64,000 nucleotides of DNA. It comes from an uncultured Eubacteriales bacterium (GTDB lineage Bacteria > Bacillota > Clostridia > Oscillospirales > Acutalibacteraceae). Positions 19,002 through 30,023 of the stretch are shown here, piece after piece. A program made the translations under genes and the position numbers. The DNA lies in NCBI GenBank assembly GCA_948527295.1, contig CAOSWK010000002.1, positions 72,416-136,415 of the forward strand, read 5' to 3'. Under the pieces are notes generated by a model. The model saw only the letters and a program-made list of their open reading frames with translations, made no database searches and was not told the DNA's origin. The stretch's first letter is position 1. Each line of letters begins with the position of its first letter.

Positions 19002-20423
19002 ATGTTGGTTCGGGGCATCACCAGGCGGTGGCTTCTTAATAGCCTGGGCATGATTTTGGTCACTTTGGTCGCTATTGAGCTGGTTCTGGCGGTTTTCGTT
19101 CACGAATTTTTCTACAACGGCGTACAGCAAGCTGTTAGCGCTAAGGTGACTAGCCTTGTGAACGTTTTTTCGGGCTATCGGGAGGACTCGGAGAAGGATT
19201 TTGTGACCAAGGCCAAGATGTATATTTCGGATTTCGAAGATAAAAATTTGATGGAGGTCGTGGCCTTTAACAGCAGCAACGAGCCCATTTTTACCTCTAC
19301 GGGCTTTTTGCCTGCCAGCAATTTTGAGATGACAGACTATGCTATGGCACAGGAATCTGCGAGCCACGTTGGACTTTTTGTGGGGCGAAATTCCTCTGGC
19401 GAAAACGTGATGGCCACTACGAAGGCTATTTACACGGCCGACGGCGAATACATCGGCTCCATTCGATATATTGTGTCGCTGCGGTCTGTTGACAGCACTA
19501 TTTTCTGGCTGATAATTGGTTGCGTGGTCATTGGGCTTGCGATCTTGCTTTTCGTCATTATGTCCAGCTCATATTTCATCAACTCTATCGTTAATCCGAT
19601 TCGGGAAATCGGCAAAACAGCGCGGAAAATTGCGCTTGGAGATTTTAATGCAAGAATAGATAAACCTTACGATGACGAAGTTGGCGAGCTTTGCGACACT
19701 GTGAATTACATGGCTCGCAAGCTGGGCGAGGCTGAGAAGGTTAAGAATGAGTTTATCTCGTCTATTTCGCACGAACTGCGCACCCCTCTGACGGCGATTA
19801 AGGGCTGGGCCGAGACTATTGAGCTCGGCGAGGAAACGGACTCCGAAATGAACAAGCGTGGCCTCAAGGTTATAATTCACGAAGCTGAACGGCTCTGCGG
19901 TTTGGTGGAAGAGCTCTTGGATTTTTCTCGATTGCAATGCGGCAAAATGGTGCTGTCATTGGAGCGGATTGATATTTTGGCCGAAATCAGTGAGGCTGTT
20001 TACATGTTCAAAGACCGCGCCGCTTCGGAAAGCAAGGAACTTATTTATGCGGAACCTCCAATATTGTCACCAGTTTTGGGCGACAAAAACCGTCTGCGTC
20101 AAGTTTTCATCAACGTTATAGACAACGCCCTCAAATACACTGCGAGCGGCGGCACCGTCACCGTGAAGGTCAAGGAGGCCGCGGGCTACATTTACATCTC
20201 GGTCAGCGACACTGGCTGCGGCATCCCGGCGGAGCACCTGCCCCACGTTAAGGACAAATTTTACAAGGCTAACACGACTCAAAAAGGCTCTGGAATCGGC
20301 CTGGCAGTGGTTGATGAGCTCGTTCAGCTGCACTCTGGCAGCTTGGACATTGCGAGCGAAGAAAACGTTGGCACGGTCGTTACCATTGCCATCCCCATTG
20401 CAAAGGCCACGAGCGAAGGTTAA
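19002..20423 (+). CDS. Sensor histidine kinase (2 TM, extracytoplasmic loop, HAMP, HisKA, HATPase_c)
   Basis: H-box SHELRTPLT, N-box NALKYT, G-boxes DTGCGI and GSGIGL. Confidence 0.9.
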   Translation: MLVRGITRRWLLNSLGMILVTLVAIELVLAVFVHEFFYNGVQQAVSAKVTSLVNVFSGYREDSEKDFVTKAKMYISDFEDKNLMEVVAFNSSNEPIFTSTGFLPASNFEMTDYAMAQESASHVGLFVGRNSSGENVMATTKAIYTADGEYIGSIRYIVSLRSVDSTIFWLIIGCVVIGLAILLFVIMSSSYFINSIVNPIREIGKTARKIALGDFNARIDKPYDDEVGELCDTVNYMARKLGEAEKVKNEFISSISHELRTPLTAIKGWAETIELGEETDSEMNKRGLKVIIHEAERLCGLVEELLDFSRLQCGKMVLSLERIDILAEISEAVYMFKDRAASESKELIYAEPPILSPVLGDKNRLRQVFINVIDNALKYTASGGTVTVKVKEAAGYIYISVSDTGCGIPAEHLPHVKDKFYKANTTQKGSGIGLAVVDELVQLHSGSLDIASEENVGTVVTIAIPIAKATSEG

Positions 20424-20457
20424 AATTCTTTAAACGAAAAAAAGAAAGGCTTTAAAA

Positions 20458-21306
20458 ATGACGTTAACGCAAGTCTATTTGCAAGGCAAACGGCTTTTAG
20501 CCGAGGCTGAGGTCGACTCCCCTGCCTTTGACGCTATGTGCATCTTTAAGTTTTGCTTCGGTCTTGACCGCCAGGGCTTGATTTTGTACGGAAATGATGC
20601 CGCAGATGAAAGAAAATCTGCTAGATTTTTTGAATTGATACATCAGCGGGTAAAGAGGCGGCCTTTGCAATATATCCTAGGGGCGTGGGAGTTCATGGGA
20701 GTCGAATTTAAGGTCAGCGAAGGTGTTCTGATTCCGCGGGACGACACCGAAGTTTTGGTTTCAGAAGTTTTTGCGCTTATAGAAGACATTAAAAAGCCAA
20801 AAATTTTAGATTTGTGCGCAGGACCAGGAACCATCGCCATAACTTTGGCCAAACGCCGCGTGGATGCTTCTGTTTTCGTGGTGGAGCTTTCTGAAGTAGC
20901 TTTAAGATATTTGCAGGAAAACATAAATTTAAATGCAGTCGAAAACGTCACTCCGCTGCGCTTGGACGTGCTTTTGGATGCAGATAAATTTAATTTTAAT
21001 GAATTTGACATAATTGTCTCGAATCCGCCATATATTGCGACTTCTGAGCTAAAAAGTTTGCAAAAGGAAGTCTTAAACGAACCTCAAATGGCTTTAGATG
21101 GCGGCTCTGACGGCTTGATGTTCTACCGCGCTATTGCTGAAAATTGGGCCAAGTTTTTGTGCCGGGGTGGATATCTCTGCGTGGAAGTTGGCATTGGCCA
21201 AGCTCTCGCCGTTGCGGACATGTTTAAAGCGGCGAGCCTAGATAACATCGAGGTTATTCGCGACTTAAATGGCATCGATCGCGTTGTTATCGCCAAAAAA
21301 TTGTGA
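20458..21306 (+). CDS. prmC: Release factor glutamine N5-methyltransferase
   Basis: NPPY catalytic motif, SAM motif DLCAGPG, HemK-type N-terminal domain. Confidence 0.88.
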   Translation: MTLTQVYLQGKRLLAEAEVDSPAFDAMCIFKFCFGLDRQGLILYGNDAADERKSARFFELIHQRVKRRPLQYILGAWEFMGVEFKVSEGVLIPRDDTEVLVSEVFALIEDIKKPKILDLCAGPGTIAITLAKRRVDASVFVVELSEVALRYLQENINLNAVENVTPLRLDVLLDADKFNFNEFDIIVSNPPYIATSELKSLQKEVLNEPQMALDGGSDGLMFYRAIAENWAKFLCRGGYLCVEVGIGQALAVADMFKAASLDNIEVIRDLNGIDRVVIAKKL

Positions 21307-21390
21307 GTTCTTGATTTTGCCAGCGCGATTGGTTATAATGAAAAAAATACGAAAAATCACGGTTTGCGTGATGTTTTTGAGGTGCTTTTT

Positions 21391-22014
21391 ATGAATATCC
21401 TTGTTATTGGCTGCGGAAAGCTGGGCGCGCGCCTTGCAAACACCCTCTGCTACCACGGGCACGACGTTTCTATTGTTGATCGCGATGAGGACGCATTTGA
21501 GCAGCTGGATGACGATTTTGACGGCATGACTGTGGTTGGGATGCCCATGGATATGAACGTTTTGCGAAACGCCGGAGTCGAAAGCTGCGATGCTGTTGCG
21601 GTTGTTACCGCCGACGATAATCTGAACATAACTGTTTCGCAGATCGTGAAGGAATTTTTTTATGTTGAGAATGTGGTTGCGAGGATCACCGACCCGGTGC
21701 GCGAAGACGTTTTTCATCAGTTTGGGTTAAAGACAATTTGCCAGACGAACTTGGCTTGCGGCGCTTTGTACTCGGCTTTGGTTAATGAATTCACCGAGAA
21801 ACAGCTGCATTTTGGCGACAACACGGTTGGGATCATTGTGAAGGAAGTTGATCCTATCTTGGTTGGCCGGACTGTTGATGCAGTGCCGATGAAGGCGGTT
21901 GAGACCATTATGGGCGTTCTGCGCGAAAACGGCAAGCTTTACCTTTATGACGGGCGGCAGAAAATCGTGCTGAATCCGAAAGACAAGATCATTCTGACGC
22001 GCATAAGCGACTAA
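21391..22014 (+). CDS. TrkA/KtrA-family potassium-uptake NAD-binding protein
   Basis: Rossmann GCGKLG, TrkA_N plus TrkA_C architecture. ATG 21391 after TGAGGTG. Confidence 0.8.
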   Translation: MNILVIGCGKLGARLANTLCYHGHDVSIVDRDEDAFEQLDDDFDGMTVVGMPMDMNVLRNAGVESCDAVAVVTADDNLNITVSQIVKEFFYVENVVARITDPVREDVFHQFGLKTICQTNLACGALYSALVNEFTEKQLHFGDNTVGIIVKEVDPILVGRTVDAVPMKAVETIMGVLRENGKLYLYDGRQKIVLNPKDKIILTRISD

Positions 22015-22071
22015 AATTTGAAAAAGGGGGCAAATCGATAAAGCCTCGCTGTAGTGCTGTTATCGGGTTGT

Positions 22072-22731
22072 ATGAGAATTGTTATATTGGGCGGCGGCAA
22101 GCTTGGGTACCACTTGGCGCAGAACATGCTTGAGCGGGATTACGAGGTCGAGCTGATCGAGAAAAACAAGATAAAATGTATGCATTTGGCCGACGTGCTG
22201 GACGTTGAGGTCGTTTGTGGCGATGGTACTGAGATTAAAGTTTTGGCCGACGCTAGAACTCACAAGGCGGACTGCTTTATTGCTGTGACGGGCAGCGACC
22301 AGGATAATTTGGTGGCCTCGCAGCTGGCCAAAAAAAGGTTTCAGGTGAAGAAAGTCATAACCCGGGCCAATAATCCCCGAAATTTGGAGGCTTTGCGAAA
22401 GCTCGGCATGGACAACGCCGTGAGCAGCACCGAGATCATTACTCGGCTGATTGAGCAAGAAGTTGAGAGCGCCGAAATGCGCCTTGTGACGAGCCTTAAC
22501 AAGGGTCGGGCCGCCATTTGCGAGATTGTTATTCCGGAAGACGCCAAGATAAACGGCGCTTCTTTGAAGGACATCGAGCTGCCAAAGTCTTCGCTTATTA
22601 TCTCTATTTTGAGGGACGAAAGCCTGATCATTCCGCAAGGTGACACGAAAATTTATTCTGGAGACGAAGTTGTCGCCGTTTGTGACGGGCACTCTCAAAA
22701 AAGTTTGATGAAGATGTTCTCGGAAAAATAG
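22072..22731 (+). CDS. TrkA/KtrA-family potassium-uptake NAD-binding protein (second paralog)
   Basis: Rossmann GGGKLG, TrkA_N plus TrkA_C architecture. Start set to MRIVILGGG. Confidence 0.8.
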   Translation: MRIVILGGGKLGYHLAQNMLERDYEVELIEKNKIKCMHLADVLDVEVVCGDGTEIKVLADARTHKADCFIAVTGSDQDNLVASQLAKKRFQVKKVITRANNPRNLEALRKLGMDNAVSSTEIITRLIEQEVESAEMRLVTSLNKGRAAICEIVIPEDAKINGASLKDIELPKSSLIISILRDESLIIPQGDTKIYSGDEVVAVCDGHSQKSLMKMFSEK

Positions 22732-22747
22732 CCTCGTGTTGCGGACT

Positions 22748-23776
22748 TTACGCACTTAGTTGTGTGTTTGGATAGTACCAGCGCAGGATTTGCTTATAGT
22801 CCGAGCCCTGCTTGGCCATGCTTTGGGCTCCGTACTGACTCATCCCTACGCCGTGACCGTAACCCTTGGTTGTGAACTCTATTTTGTCGTTTTGGATGCT
22901 TACCTCAAAATCTGATGACCTAAGTGAAAATATTTCTCGAATCTCCCGACCGGTGGCGCTTTTTGAGCCTATTTTTGCCTCTAGCACCATGCCGGATGAG
23001 GTTCGATTTTTTATTTGCAAAAAAGTCTGCGGATCCTCGCTAAAAGACACATCTGGCCATTTGCCTTTTGCTAGATTTTTAAATTCCTCTAGAGAAAATT
23101 CTTTTTTACTCAAGTAGCCCGGCGCCAACAAGTCTCCAGGGCTTGCGACAGCATTTAGATACGTGCAGCTGCCGCCAAATACGTCTGCTATATTCTCGGT
23201 GTTCCCCGACGATATCGAGTGGTACAGCGCTTCTATGTACTTATCGCCTTGCCTCAGGCTTTGCCCCTTCACCGCGTCCACAGCTTGGCTTATTTTATCG
23301 TAATAAAAATCGAAATCCTTGCCCCAGCGCTCTTGCAGCTGCTCTTTTGACGCATAATAGTACATTTTAGACGAATCCACTGCAAAGTCGGCCCCCTTTA
23401 AGCTTGGATCAGGGCTTTGCGCGTTTTTTTCTTTCAAAAAGCTAAAATATGTATACGCCGCCACGGCTTGGGCTTTTAAGGCTTCTTCTTCGAATGTTGC
23501 GGGCATTTCTGCCGCCACCGTGCTTATGATGAACTCCCTGGCGGGTAATTCTAGCACTTGACCTGTGGATTGATCTAGCAATTTAAACGTGTTTTCTTTT
23601 TGATGCTCTTCCTTGGGCGGCTCGCTGCACATTGCCTTTAGCGAGTTTAGGCTTAGCTCCGGTGGCTTAAAGTTTAGTTTAAAATTAATGTCCGACAATC
23701 CCCTCATTGTGATGGCCAACGGTATGAAGAAGATTAAAAACAACAAGCTCAGCATAAAAAATAATTTTTGTTTCAT
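22748..23776 (-). CDS. spoIID: Stage II sporulation protein D (SpoIID/LytB domain)
   Basis: N-terminal TM anchor. SpoIID-domain hallmarks: AVAAYTY, YHSISSGNTE, GHGVGMSQYGA. Confidence 0.85.
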   Translation of the reverse strand: MKQKLFFMLSLLFLIFFIPLAITMRGLSDINFKLNFKPPELSLNSLKAMCSEPPKEEHQKENTFKLLDQSTGQVLELPAREFIISTVAAEMPATFEEEALKAQAVAAYTYFSFLKEKNAQSPDPSLKGADFAVDSSKMYYYASKEQLQERWGKDFDFYYDKISQAVDAVKGQSLRQGDKYIEALYHSISSGNTENIADVFGGSCTYLNAVASPGDLLAPGYLSKKEFSLEEFKNLAKGKWPDVSFSEDPQTFLQIKNRTSSGMVLEAKIGSKSATGREIREIFSLRSSDFEVSIQNDKIEFTTKGYGHGVGMSQYGAQSMAKQGSDYKQILRWYYPNTQLSA

Positions 23777-23913
23777 GGCAATAAATCATCCTTTTTTATT
23801 TAATTTATTATATTTTTTAAGGATTTATGATAAAACTTTTGGCTCTGCCCTATTTACAAATTGCTATTTTAGCGGTAAAATAAATAACAAAAAGACTTTT
23901 GGAGGCATTGGAT

Positions 23914-24897
23914 ATGAAATTAAAGCTTAATTGGATTCCTTTTGTCATTTCGTTTATTTCCATTTTGGGTCTGCGGGTATACCAGATTTTGTCAATAGGC
24001 AATCCCGCTGTCAGAATTTATTGGGATAATTTTGAAATCGTCTGCTTCATCATTGCGGCTGCCGCTTTTGGAATTATAATGGTCGCAAGTTATATTTCAA
24101 AAGATGCCCCGGACGTTTTTGTGATTAAGAAAAATTTTTTAACCGGGTTCGTTGCGATTTTAACGGCTGCACTTGCTTTGTGGAACTCTTTTGAAAAATT
24201 TAGATATTATTGGTCGGCCGTAGAAAAAGATTGGGTAGACCTGTTTTATATTGTCACCGGCGTTTTTGCGGCGGTCGTCTTTGTTCTGATCGGACTTTGC
24301 TATATAAAAGAAAAAAATTATTTTGAAAAGAACAAATTGCTTGCATTGATGCCGACTTTATGGGTTCTAGCTATGATTTTGAAGCTGTTTTTTGAATACA
24401 ACTCCATCCAGACAAATGTAATTCACGTTTCTAACGCCCTTGCAAGGATCTTCTTGCTGTTCTTTATGTTCAGCCAGGCTCGGCTTTTTGCCACGCTGTT
24501 TAACGCGGCCACCTTTAAAAAGCTGTTCTATTTTGGGTTCTCTGCCGCTTTGTTTATGCTCATCTCTATCACAAACTTCTGGGCCGTTACTATGGACTTT
24601 GGTCGGGATTTTTCGCCGACGGAGATCGTCAATATCGTTACTGAGTTCTCTTTGATTTTGTACATTCTGTGCGTCATCTTTAGCATTCAGGTTGGCAAGA
24701 ATTTGGGTAACTCCGAAGACAAGCCTGTTGTAGAAAAAAAAGAAGACGTTGCGGTTGCAAGTTCTACAGCTGACGTGGCTAACACTAACACGGTTGAGAA
24801 TCGCGAAGAAATGGCCAAGGTCGACAGGTTAATTGAAGATATAAAAAATGAAAATGCCAGCAAAAATCTGGGTTCTAGCGAAGGAATGTCGAACTAA
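23914..24897 (+). CDS. Polytopic membrane protein of unknown function with an acidic C-terminal tail
   Basis: About 8 hydrophobic helices followed by a ~70-aa charged tail. ATG 23914 lies 8 nt after GGAGG. Confidence 0.6.
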   Translation: MKLKLNWIPFVISFISILGLRVYQILSIGNPAVRIYWDNFEIVCFIIAAAAFGIIMVASYISKDAPDVFVIKKNFLTGFVAILTAALALWNSFEKFRYYWSAVEKDWVDLFYIVTGVFAAVVFVLIGLCYIKEKNYFEKNKLLALMPTLWVLAMILKLFFEYNSIQTNVIHVSNALARIFLLFFMFSQARLFATLFNAATFKKLFYFGFSAALFMLISITNFWAVTMDFGRDFSPTEIVNIVTEFSLILYILCVIFSIQVGKNLGNSEDKPVVEKKEDVAVASSTADVANTNTVENREEMAKVDRLIEDIKNENASKNLGSSEGMSN

Positions 24898-24946
24898 TGC
24901 CTCTTCCCCATCGATGCTGACATAATTATAATTCGATTTTTCATAA

Positions 24947-26005
<1,059 letters not shown>

Positions 26006-26013
26006 AATTTAGG

Positions 26014-26046
26014 CCGGCAGGATTCTTATTCTGCTGGTATTTTTAT
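26014..26046 (+). terminator. Rho-independent terminator after gap
   Basis: CCGGCAG / CTGCTGG stem (one G-U pair), 9-nt loop, then TATTTTTAT. Confidence 0.6.
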
Positions 26047-26148
26047 GCCTTTTGGCGTTTTTTCTAATTTGATCTTGGACCGCAAAAATGGTATAATTAA
26101 TTTTGAATAGAGTGAGGCAAAAGTTGATTTTAACGAGGTGCATGGGTT

Positions 26149-27231
26149 TTGTTCGATAAGTTAGAGGTTTTTAAAACGCGGTATGACGAGATAAACGAGC
26201 TGCTGTATGACCCTAATGTTGTTTCTGACCAGGAAAAATACACGGCTTTGATGAAGGAGCAAAAAAATTTAACGCCAATTGTTGAGAAATACGAGGAATA
26301 TAAAAAGGCCAAGCTGAACTTGGAGGAGGCTCGGCAGCTTTTGGATGGTGGAGGTCTTGACAGGGATTTTAAAGAGATGGTTGAAGCAGAAATCGAGAAC
26401 TCCCGCGAGGTCATTGAGAAAACATCCGAAGAACTTAAGATTCTGCTGTTGCCCAAGGACCCTAACGACGACCGCAACGTTATTGTGGAGATTCGCGGTG
26501 GGGCTGGCGGCGAAGAAGCTGCCTTGTTTTCGGGCGTTTTGTTCCGGATGTACAGCATGTATGCCGAAAGCAAGCGCTGGAGGACTGAGATTTTAAACGC
26601 TAACGAGACGGAGCTTGGCGGCTACAAGGAGATTAGCTTTATGATTTCCGGCGAGGGCGCTTATTCTCGCTTAAAGTACGAGAGCGGCGTGCATCGTGTT
26701 CAGCGCGTGCCGGAGACCGAAACTCAGGGGCGCATCCACACCTCCACTGTTACTGTGGCCGTTTTGCCCGAGGCGGAGGATGTTGAGATCGAGATTAATC
26801 CTTCCGACCTGCAGATAGACACTTTTCGCGCGAGTGGCGCCGGCGGACAGCACATCAATAAGACGGAGTCTGCAATTCGTATTACGCACATTCCGACGGG
26901 CGTGGTTGTGGAGTGCCAGGATGAGCGCAGCCAATACAAGAACAAGGATAAGGCTATGAAGGTCTTGAAGTCGCGGCTTTTGGAGGCTAAGATGCAGGAA
27001 CAGACCGATGAAATGGCTCAGAAGAGGAAAAGTCAGGTTGGAACCGGCGACCGCTCCGAACGGATCCGCACTTATAATTATCCGCAGGGAAGAATTACTG
27101 ATCACCGCATTGGGCTAACTTTGTATCGGCTTGAGGATATTCTAAACGGCGATATTGACGAGGTTATTGACGCTTTGATCACGGCTGACCGCGCGGCAAA
27201 GCTTGAAAGTACTATCGAAAATAAAGAATAA
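26149..27231 (+). CDS. prfA: Peptide chain release factor 1
   Basis: GGQ motif ([11 protein letters not shown]), RF1-type PxT tripeptide region (VPETE), MFDKLE N-terminus. TTG 26149 lies 8 nt after GAGGTG. Confidence 0.93.
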   Translation: MFDKLEVFKTRYDEINELLYDPNVVSDQEKYTALMKEQKNLTPIVEKYEEYKKAKLNLEEARQLLDGGGLDRDFKEMVEAEIENSREVIEKTSEELKILLLPKDPNDDRNVIVEIRGGAGGEEAALFSGVLFRMYSMYAESKRWRTEILNANETELGGYKEISFMISGEGAYSRLKYESGVHRVQRVPETETQGRIHTSTVTVAVLPEAEDVEIEINPSDLQIDTFRASGAGGQHINKTESAIRITHIPTGVVVECQDERSQYKNKDKAMKVLKSRLLEAKMQEQTDEMAQKRKSQVGTGDRSERIRTYNYPQGRITDHRIGLTLYRLEDILNGDIDEVIDALITADRAAKLESTIENKE

Positions 27232-27244
27232 GAAGTGTTTTTGC

Positions 27245-28261
27245 ATGAAAACTCAGATATTGTCGCAGGGTGACACGCTTGCTGCGGCAAAAATATTAAA
27301 GGCTGGCGGCGTTGTGGCGATTCCGACCGAGACAGTTTATGGACTTGCCGCTAATGCCTTTGATGACGCGGCTGTTAAAAAAATTTTCATCGCTAAGGGC
27401 CGTCCTAGCGACAATCCTTTGATTGTACATATTTCGAAAGTCGATGAAATACGTGATTTGGTGCAAGATTTTACGGCAGAAGCGCAAAAGTTAGCCGATA
27501 CATTTTGGCCTGGGCCTTTGACAATTATTTTGAAAAAGTCCGATGCTATCTCTAAAATAGTTAGCGGCGGGCTTGATTCTGTTGCAGTGCGGCTACCTGG
27601 GCACCCGGTCGCGCGTAAGGTAATTCGTGAAACTGGTTTTCCCTTGGTGGCGCCATCTGCGAACACTTCTGGCAGCCCTAGCCCTACGAGTGCCGCCCAT
27701 GTTATTGCGGATTTGGACGGAAAAATCGATGCCATTGTTGATGCCGGCAGCTGTAAAGTCGGGATTGAGTCTACTGTTGTCTCGCTTTGTGAGTATGTCC
27801 CTAAGATTTTGCGCCCCGGTGCCGTCACGTTTGAGCAGCTAAATCGTGTTTTGGGCAACGTAAAAATTGATGATGCTGTTTTGAATCCGCTTGGTGAAGG
27901 CGTTCGTCCGATTTCGCCCGGCACAAAATACAGGCATTATGCGCCAAAGACTAAGGTCATCATTCTAAAAGGCGACCGTGACGCATATGTCGACTACATA
28001 AATAATATTCGCTCGGTCAAAAATGTCGCGGCGCTTTGCTATGACGAAGATATTCCCTATTTGAAAGTGCCTGCAATATCCTACGGCAGGGAATCTGACC
28101 CTAATTTGCAGGCAGAAAAGCTGTTTAACGCTTTGCGAGAAATAGATAAAATCGAAAACGTCGATACCGTCTACGCTCGATGTCCGGCACAAAGCGGAAT
28201 TGGTCTTGCGGTTTATAATCGGCTCCTTCGTGCTGCGGGTTTTAACGTTGTTGAGATCTAA
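27245..28261 (+). CDS. tsaC: L-threonylcarbamoyladenylate synthase (YrdC domain plus Sua5 C-terminal domain)
   Basis: PTETVYGLAANA, KGRPSDNPLIVH, SANTSG motifs. ~340 aa, the two-domain YwlC/Sua5 type. Confidence 0.88.
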   Translation: MKTQILSQGDTLAAAKILKAGGVVAIPTETVYGLAANAFDDAAVKKIFIAKGRPSDNPLIVHISKVDEIRDLVQDFTAEAQKLADTFWPGPLTIILKKSDAISKIVSGGLDSVAVRLPGHPVARKVIRETGFPLVAPSANTSGSPSPTSAAHVIADLDGKIDAIVDAGSCKVGIESTVVSLCEYVPKILRPGAVTFEQLNRVLGNVKIDDAVLNPLGEGVRPISPGTKYRHYAPKTKVIILKGDRDAYVDYINNIRSVKNVAALCYDEDIPYLKVPAISYGRESDPNLQAEKLFNALREIDKIENVDTVYARCPAQSGIGLAVYNRLLRAAGFNVVEI

Positions 28262-28380
28262 CTTAATGCTAAATTAAACTTTTTTGAATTTTTGCATTTT
28301 TGCATATACTTAATCTTTTTTGTTGAAAAATTTAATACAACATGCTAAAATAAGATTAAATATATTTTTTAGGTGATAAT

Positions 28381-29970
28381 ATGTCTAAAATTAGGAATGT
28401 AGCGGTCAGCGTCGTGTTTTCTCTGGCTCTGTTGTTTGTATTTTTGTTGCCCGCAAATTTTAGCAATCTAATCGTTCATGCGGTTGATACGCTGGAAGTT
28501 ACCGCTGGGATGATGCTTCCTGATGGGTTTGACGTTTTGCCGGACGGCAAGGGCAACTTTGTTATCACAAGTTATGATAACAACAATCAGCAAAGCACTA
28601 TAGCCTATTTAAGCGCGGCCAGCGGCATGCCTTCTCTTACGCATATCAACTACTCCCATTTTATCGTAACCGAAAACATCGACTACAAGTACACTACTGC
28701 GAGCTGTTATAGAGATCTTTCATTCGGTTTAGAAAATTGCGTTTTATTTACTTATCTAGACGCAGATAAAACGGTTGCCAAAAAAATCTCTATTGACGTT
28801 GAAAATTGCCAGTGTGATGGCTCCGGCACTTTAGACTTGGGCAGTATAATCATTGATTCGCCCCTTAAAATCGCTGTGTACGATGATTTTATCTTTTTTG
28901 TAAATAATACCGAAAAATCGCCTATCTCTGGCTATAATTCTAATTTTGAGCAATTGGACACGACGGGCTTAACTTACGATAACAAAGCTTTTCACTCTAT
29001 TTTTACGGACGTCTCCAAAAAATATCTGTATGCCTTGAATAGCTCTAACGATCTGGTGCGTTACAACATTGCTACCGGTAATTACACATTCGAAGCCCCC
29101 GAAAATACTATAAACTTTTCAAATTTGAAATTTGTAACCGATAATATCTTTGTGACGCCCGACAAACGGATAATCACTCTGAATAAAGATAGCTTTAAGT
29201 CCGACTCCGAAGTTGAAATTGCCGCAGAAATAACGGACTTTCCAGCTTGCGTGGTTGCCGGTTTTGACGATGCGTCGATTTTAATTAAAACTGAGGATAA
29301 GGTGATCTCGCGGATTCGTTGCTCGGACGGTGCTGTGACTGGCAAAATTGAGCTGACTGAGAATGTTTTGGCCATTTCTAAATCTGGCGATAAAATTATC
29401 GCTGTTACTGGCGCGGGCACCGGCAGTAATAAGCATATCGCTCTGCTAAAGGAGACTGACATAAAAGAGGTAACTCCTGCCAATCCCAGCAACCCTGGTG
29501 GCGGTAGTTCTGGTGATGGTGGCGATAATAACAATCCGCCGTCTGGTGCAGATGACGCCATAACTAGCGATATTTATACTGTTGACGCACAAAATCTCAC
29601 TATCACCGGCATTGAGCCGGGGACGACTTTTGCGGCGTTTAAAAATAACCTCATTTTTAATGGCTACAATCTGGGACTTAAAAAAGGTGCTACTGCTAAG
29701 CCCATCTACGCAAGTTCGACCAAAGTCGCTACTGGTAACTTTGCCTCCTTTGAAAGAGATGGCGCCGAAAAGGTTTTGTTTAAGCTTATTGTTACGGGCG
29801 ACATTACTGGCACGGGGACTTTGAACTCTCGCGATATTTCTGCTTTTGAAAATTATCTGTTGGGTAAGACTGAGCTAAATGAAGAATCCTTGCAAGCGGC
29901 GAATATAAATGGTGACGGCGACCAAGACGTTATTGACCTGTTTTTGATGAGCAAACTTATGCAAAAATAG
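28381..29970 (+). CDS. Secreted protein with a C-terminal dockerin module
   Basis: Signal peptide. P/G/N-rich linker (PANPSNPGGGSSGDGGDNNNPPSG). C-terminal duplicated Ca-loop/helix pair (GDITGTGTLNSRDISAFENYLLG and ANINGDGDQDVIDLFLMSKL) resembling a type I dockerin. Confidence 0.6.
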   Translation: MSKIRNVAVSVVFSLALLFVFLLPANFSNLIVHAVDTLEVTAGMMLPDGFDVLPDGKGNFVITSYDNNNQQSTIAYLSAASGMPSLTHINYSHFIVTENIDYKYTTASCYRDLSFGLENCVLFTYLDADKTVAKKISIDVENCQCDGSGTLDLGSIIIDSPLKIAVYDDFIFFVNNTEKSPISGYNSNFEQLDTTGLTYDNKAFHSIFTDVSKKYLYALNSSNDLVRYNIATGNYTFEAPENTINFSNLKFVTDNIFVTPDKRIITLNKDSFKSDSEVEIAAEITDFPACVVAGFDDASILIKTEDKVISRIRCSDGAVTGKIELTENVLAISKSGDKIIAVTGAGTGSNKHIALLKETDIKEVTPANPSNPGGGSSGDGGDNNNPPSGADDAITSDIYTVDAQNLTITGIEPGTTFAAFKNNLIFNGYNLGLKKGATAKPIYASSTKVATGNFASFERDGAEKVLFKLIVTGDITGTGTLNSRDISAFENYLLGKTELNEESLQAANINGDGDQDVIDLFLMSKLMQK

Positions 29971-30023
29971 GGTCTTTTTTGCGCTCAAACGGCTAGAGTT
30001 ACGCGGTGTGGAGGTGAACCTGC

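Noticed and set aside
21307-21390. c-di-AMP (ydaO/kimA-type) riboswitch upstream of the trkA/ktrA-like genes
   Set aside because: Only ~85 nt of intergenic sequence is available and no pseudo-symmetric ydaO-like structure is apparent. It is too short for that riboswitch class.
28262-28380. CRISPR array or repeat structure flanking the Card1/Can2-like gene (also checked 34411-34820)
   Set aside because: These are only AT-rich promoter-like sequence. The sole repeat noticed is a two-copy 8-mer (ATTTTTGC ATTTTTGC near 28289-28306). There is no repeat-spacer periodicity anywhere in the window.
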